This document shows, piece by piece, positions 35,991-37,647 of a DNA stretch of 37,647 nt. This stretch comes from Candidatus Levybacteria bacterium RIFCSPLOWO2_01_FULL_39_10 (GTDB taxonomy: Bacteria > Patescibacteriota > Microgenomatia > Levybacterales > UBA12049): positions 1 to 37,647 of the forward strand of contig MFOV01000008.1 in the NCBI GenBank assembly GCA_001782515.1. Direction: 5' to 3'. The position numbers and the translations under genes are program-made. How positions within the stretch are numbered: position 1 is the first letter of the stretch; each line of letters opens with the position of its first letter. The notes beneath the pieces were generated by a model that worked only from the letters and a program-made list of their open reading frames with translations, ran no database searches and was not told the origin of the DNA.

Positions 35991-36291
35991 AAGATTAACA
36001 GAACAAACAGTAGATGTAAAAAGAGAAGCATTTGGTCCAGGGTTTGCCGGTGAGTGGGCATATCAGACAATACTTGGAGGGGCTACTTGCGAAACTTATA
36101 TTGATGGGGGTAAGAACAAATGCGGAAAGAAAGCTTTGGGCACTGTTGATGTTGATATTGCGGGAAACCTTGATTTATTTCCCTACTGTACAGAAGACCA
36201 TGCTGTAAAACTCACCAGTCAGTTAGTTGGAGAAATCGAAAATAATGGCAATCACACAATGCCTTTTAGAAACGGATTTGAAAGGGCTTAA
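35980..36291 (+). CDS. Small hypothetical protein, possible zinc binder
   Basis: C-x9-C...C-x3-H; overlaps the kinase stop. Confidence 0.6.
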   Translation: MAVERLTEQTVDVKREAFGPGFAGEWAYQTILGGATCETYIDGGKNKCGKKALGTVDVDIAGNLDLFPYCTEDHAVKLTSQLVGEIENNGNHTMPFRNGFERA

Positions 36292-36786
36292 TTATTTTTC
36301 TAAATCAATAAATCTGTATTTATATCCTCCTGATTTTCCTTTTGTCTCATTTAAAACTTTTCCAAACATTGAGTAATCCGGGAAAAAAGTGTCAGCGCCG
36401 AATTCTCCCTCTACAATTGTAAGGTAAAGTTTATCAACAACTCCTTTGTCAAGAGCTTCTGCAAAAACCTGTCCACCGCCGAAAATAAATATTTCATCTG
36501 ATCCGGGAAGATTCTGCGCTTGAGTTATTGCCTCGTCCAAAGACAAAACTGTAATGTCAGATTGGTAATTTAAGTCTTTAAGGCTTAACGGGTTACTAGT
36601 AATTACAATATGGATTCTGTCTGGAAGTTTTCTTCCGAGCGACTCAAAGGTGTTTCTGCCCATTATAATTGGGTGGCCAATAGTTAAACTCTTAACCCTC
36701 TCAAAATCTTCCGGAATTTTAAAAAGAAGTTCGTTATCGTGTCCTATTCCCCGCTTCTGGTCCATCGCAGCAACAATACTTATCAT
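36292..36786 (-). CDS. folA: Dihydrofolate reductase
   Basis: IVAA....GIG, IIMGRNTFES, LPDR, IFGGGQVF, ADTFFP. Confidence 0.95.
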   Translation of the reverse strand: MISIVAAMDQKRGIGHDNELLFKIPEDFERVKSLTIGHPIIMGRNTFESLGRKLPDRIHIVITSNPLSLKDLNYQSDITVLSLDEAITQAQNLPGSDEIFIFGGGQVFAEALDKGVVDKLYLTIVEGEFGADTFFPDYSMFGKVLNETKGKSGGYKYRFIDLEK

Positions 36787-37247
36787 AATTTTTTAAAATA
36801 CGTTTTCAATTTATCTGAATACGGGATTCTTTCTTCTTTTGTCGGCCATTTTGTTTTCTCATGGTTTTGATAAAGTCTGTCATTTTCATATCTTGGAAAA
36901 ACGTGAAGATGATAGTGCCAAACATCTTGGTTTCCGGCAGGCTCATTATGCTGTCTTACTGATGTTCCATCCGACTTATAAACTTTTTTGAATGCGACCG
37001 CTACTTTTTTTGAAAAATTATGGATTACTTCCAAATGCTTTTCATCAATATCATATAAATTCTCAAAATGTTTGTTGGGAATAATAATTACATGCCCTGG
37101 ATTTGTCATCCACCACTTACCTGCAATAAAAGCTGTAATTAAATCTTCTCGATAAAAGATATCATCCGGATTTGTCTTACCGGTATCTTCACCCTTTGCG
37201 AGCTTACAAAGCGGGCAATCATAATTTTTAGGGGCATGGTTATACAT
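36783..37247 (-). CDS. HIT family protein
   Basis: CPLC, PGHVIIIP..H, AGNQDVWHYHLHVFPRY. Confidence 0.92.
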   Translation of the reverse strand: MYNHAPKNYDCPLCKLAKGEDTGKTNPDDIFYREDLITAFIAGKWWMTNPGHVIIIPNKHFENLYDIDEKHLEVIHNFSKKVAVAFKKVYKSDGTSVRQHNEPAGNQDVWHYHLHVFPRYENDRLYQNHEKTKWPTKEERIPYSDKLKTYFKKL

Positions 37248-37248
37248 T

Positions 37249-37647
37249 TTATTTATTCTTGCCGTTTTTCTTTTCGTAATATCCGCCGGCGATTGTGAAG
37301 GGAGCTTTTATTATCGGAAGCGGATTATAATTTTCCAAAACTACCATATCCGGTTTAAAATCAGCTAAACTATTAAGTTTTCCAACAATTTTAACTTTGG
37401 GAAAAGGACGGGGTTTTCTTTTGATTTGCTCGCGCGTTTGCTCAAAATGATTTTCGTAAATATGTATATCTCCATAAACATGGATGAATTTCCCAGGTTT
37501 GAGTCCCAGAATTTTTGCAAGAATTACTGCAAGGAGAGAATAGCTGGCAATATTAAAAGGAACTCCGAGGAAATAATCACAGCTCCTCTGATACAAGAGC
37601 AAATCAAGTTTTCCCGCCCGGTTGCTTACTTGGTACATATTGTGGCA
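37249..37647 (-). CDS. thyA: Thymidylate synthase, C-terminal part (runs off the window)
   Basis: CH at window edge, YQRSCD..LGVPFNIASY, GDIHIYENH. Confidence 0.95.
   Translation of the reverse strand, partial: CHNMYQVSNRAGKLDLLLYQRSCDYFLGVPFNIASYSLLAVILAKILGLKPGKFIHVYGDIHIYENHFEQTREQIKRKPRPFPKVKIVGKLNSLADFKPDMVVLENYNPLPIIKAPFTIAGGYYEKKNGKNK

Noticed and set aside
1..37647. tRNA/rRNA genes, transposases, prophage genes, alternative genetic code
   Set aside because: None recognised by eye; TGA serves as a normal stop (e.g. gnd, 4518-4718) and core genes are intact in code 11.

Overview
Low-GC bacterial chromosomal window in genetic code 11. Gene content and style (short EF-Ts, many orphan ORFs, sigma70 -10 boxes only 6-14 nt before ATG, many small palindromic repeats) suggest Patescibacteria/CPR, probably Microgenomates-like; this is inference. 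Bases 1-11.2 kb are an accessory region. Its main feature is an array (~3210-9144) of nine self-contained gene cassettes, each bounded by a same-orientation copy of a conserved hairpin repeat (CCAC-A6-8-CAGCCCCG-N4-6-CGAGGCTG...AAAAACAAAATTAGTTTTT, 10 copies). Cargo includes a Doc/Fic toxin with an unannotated 41-aa antitoxin, a DUF5678/aspartyl-protease pair, a duplicated orphan and membrane/secreted proteins. No recombinase is in the window. Bases 11.2-37.6 kb are a minus-strand housekeeping backbone (cysS, recR, prs, ybaB, dnaX, ybeY, rpsU, proS, gnd, zwf, pgl, rseP, frr, tsf, rpsB, glyA, folA, thyA) interrupted by plus-strand genes, notably a coupled tandem-wHTH protein + MORC-like GHKL ATPase operon (26719-30016). 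Several families of REP-like palindromes and 7-bp periodic repeats occur between genes and in-frame inside core proteins. Two GIY-YIG genes and a frameshifted four-helix-bundle gene are associated with them.
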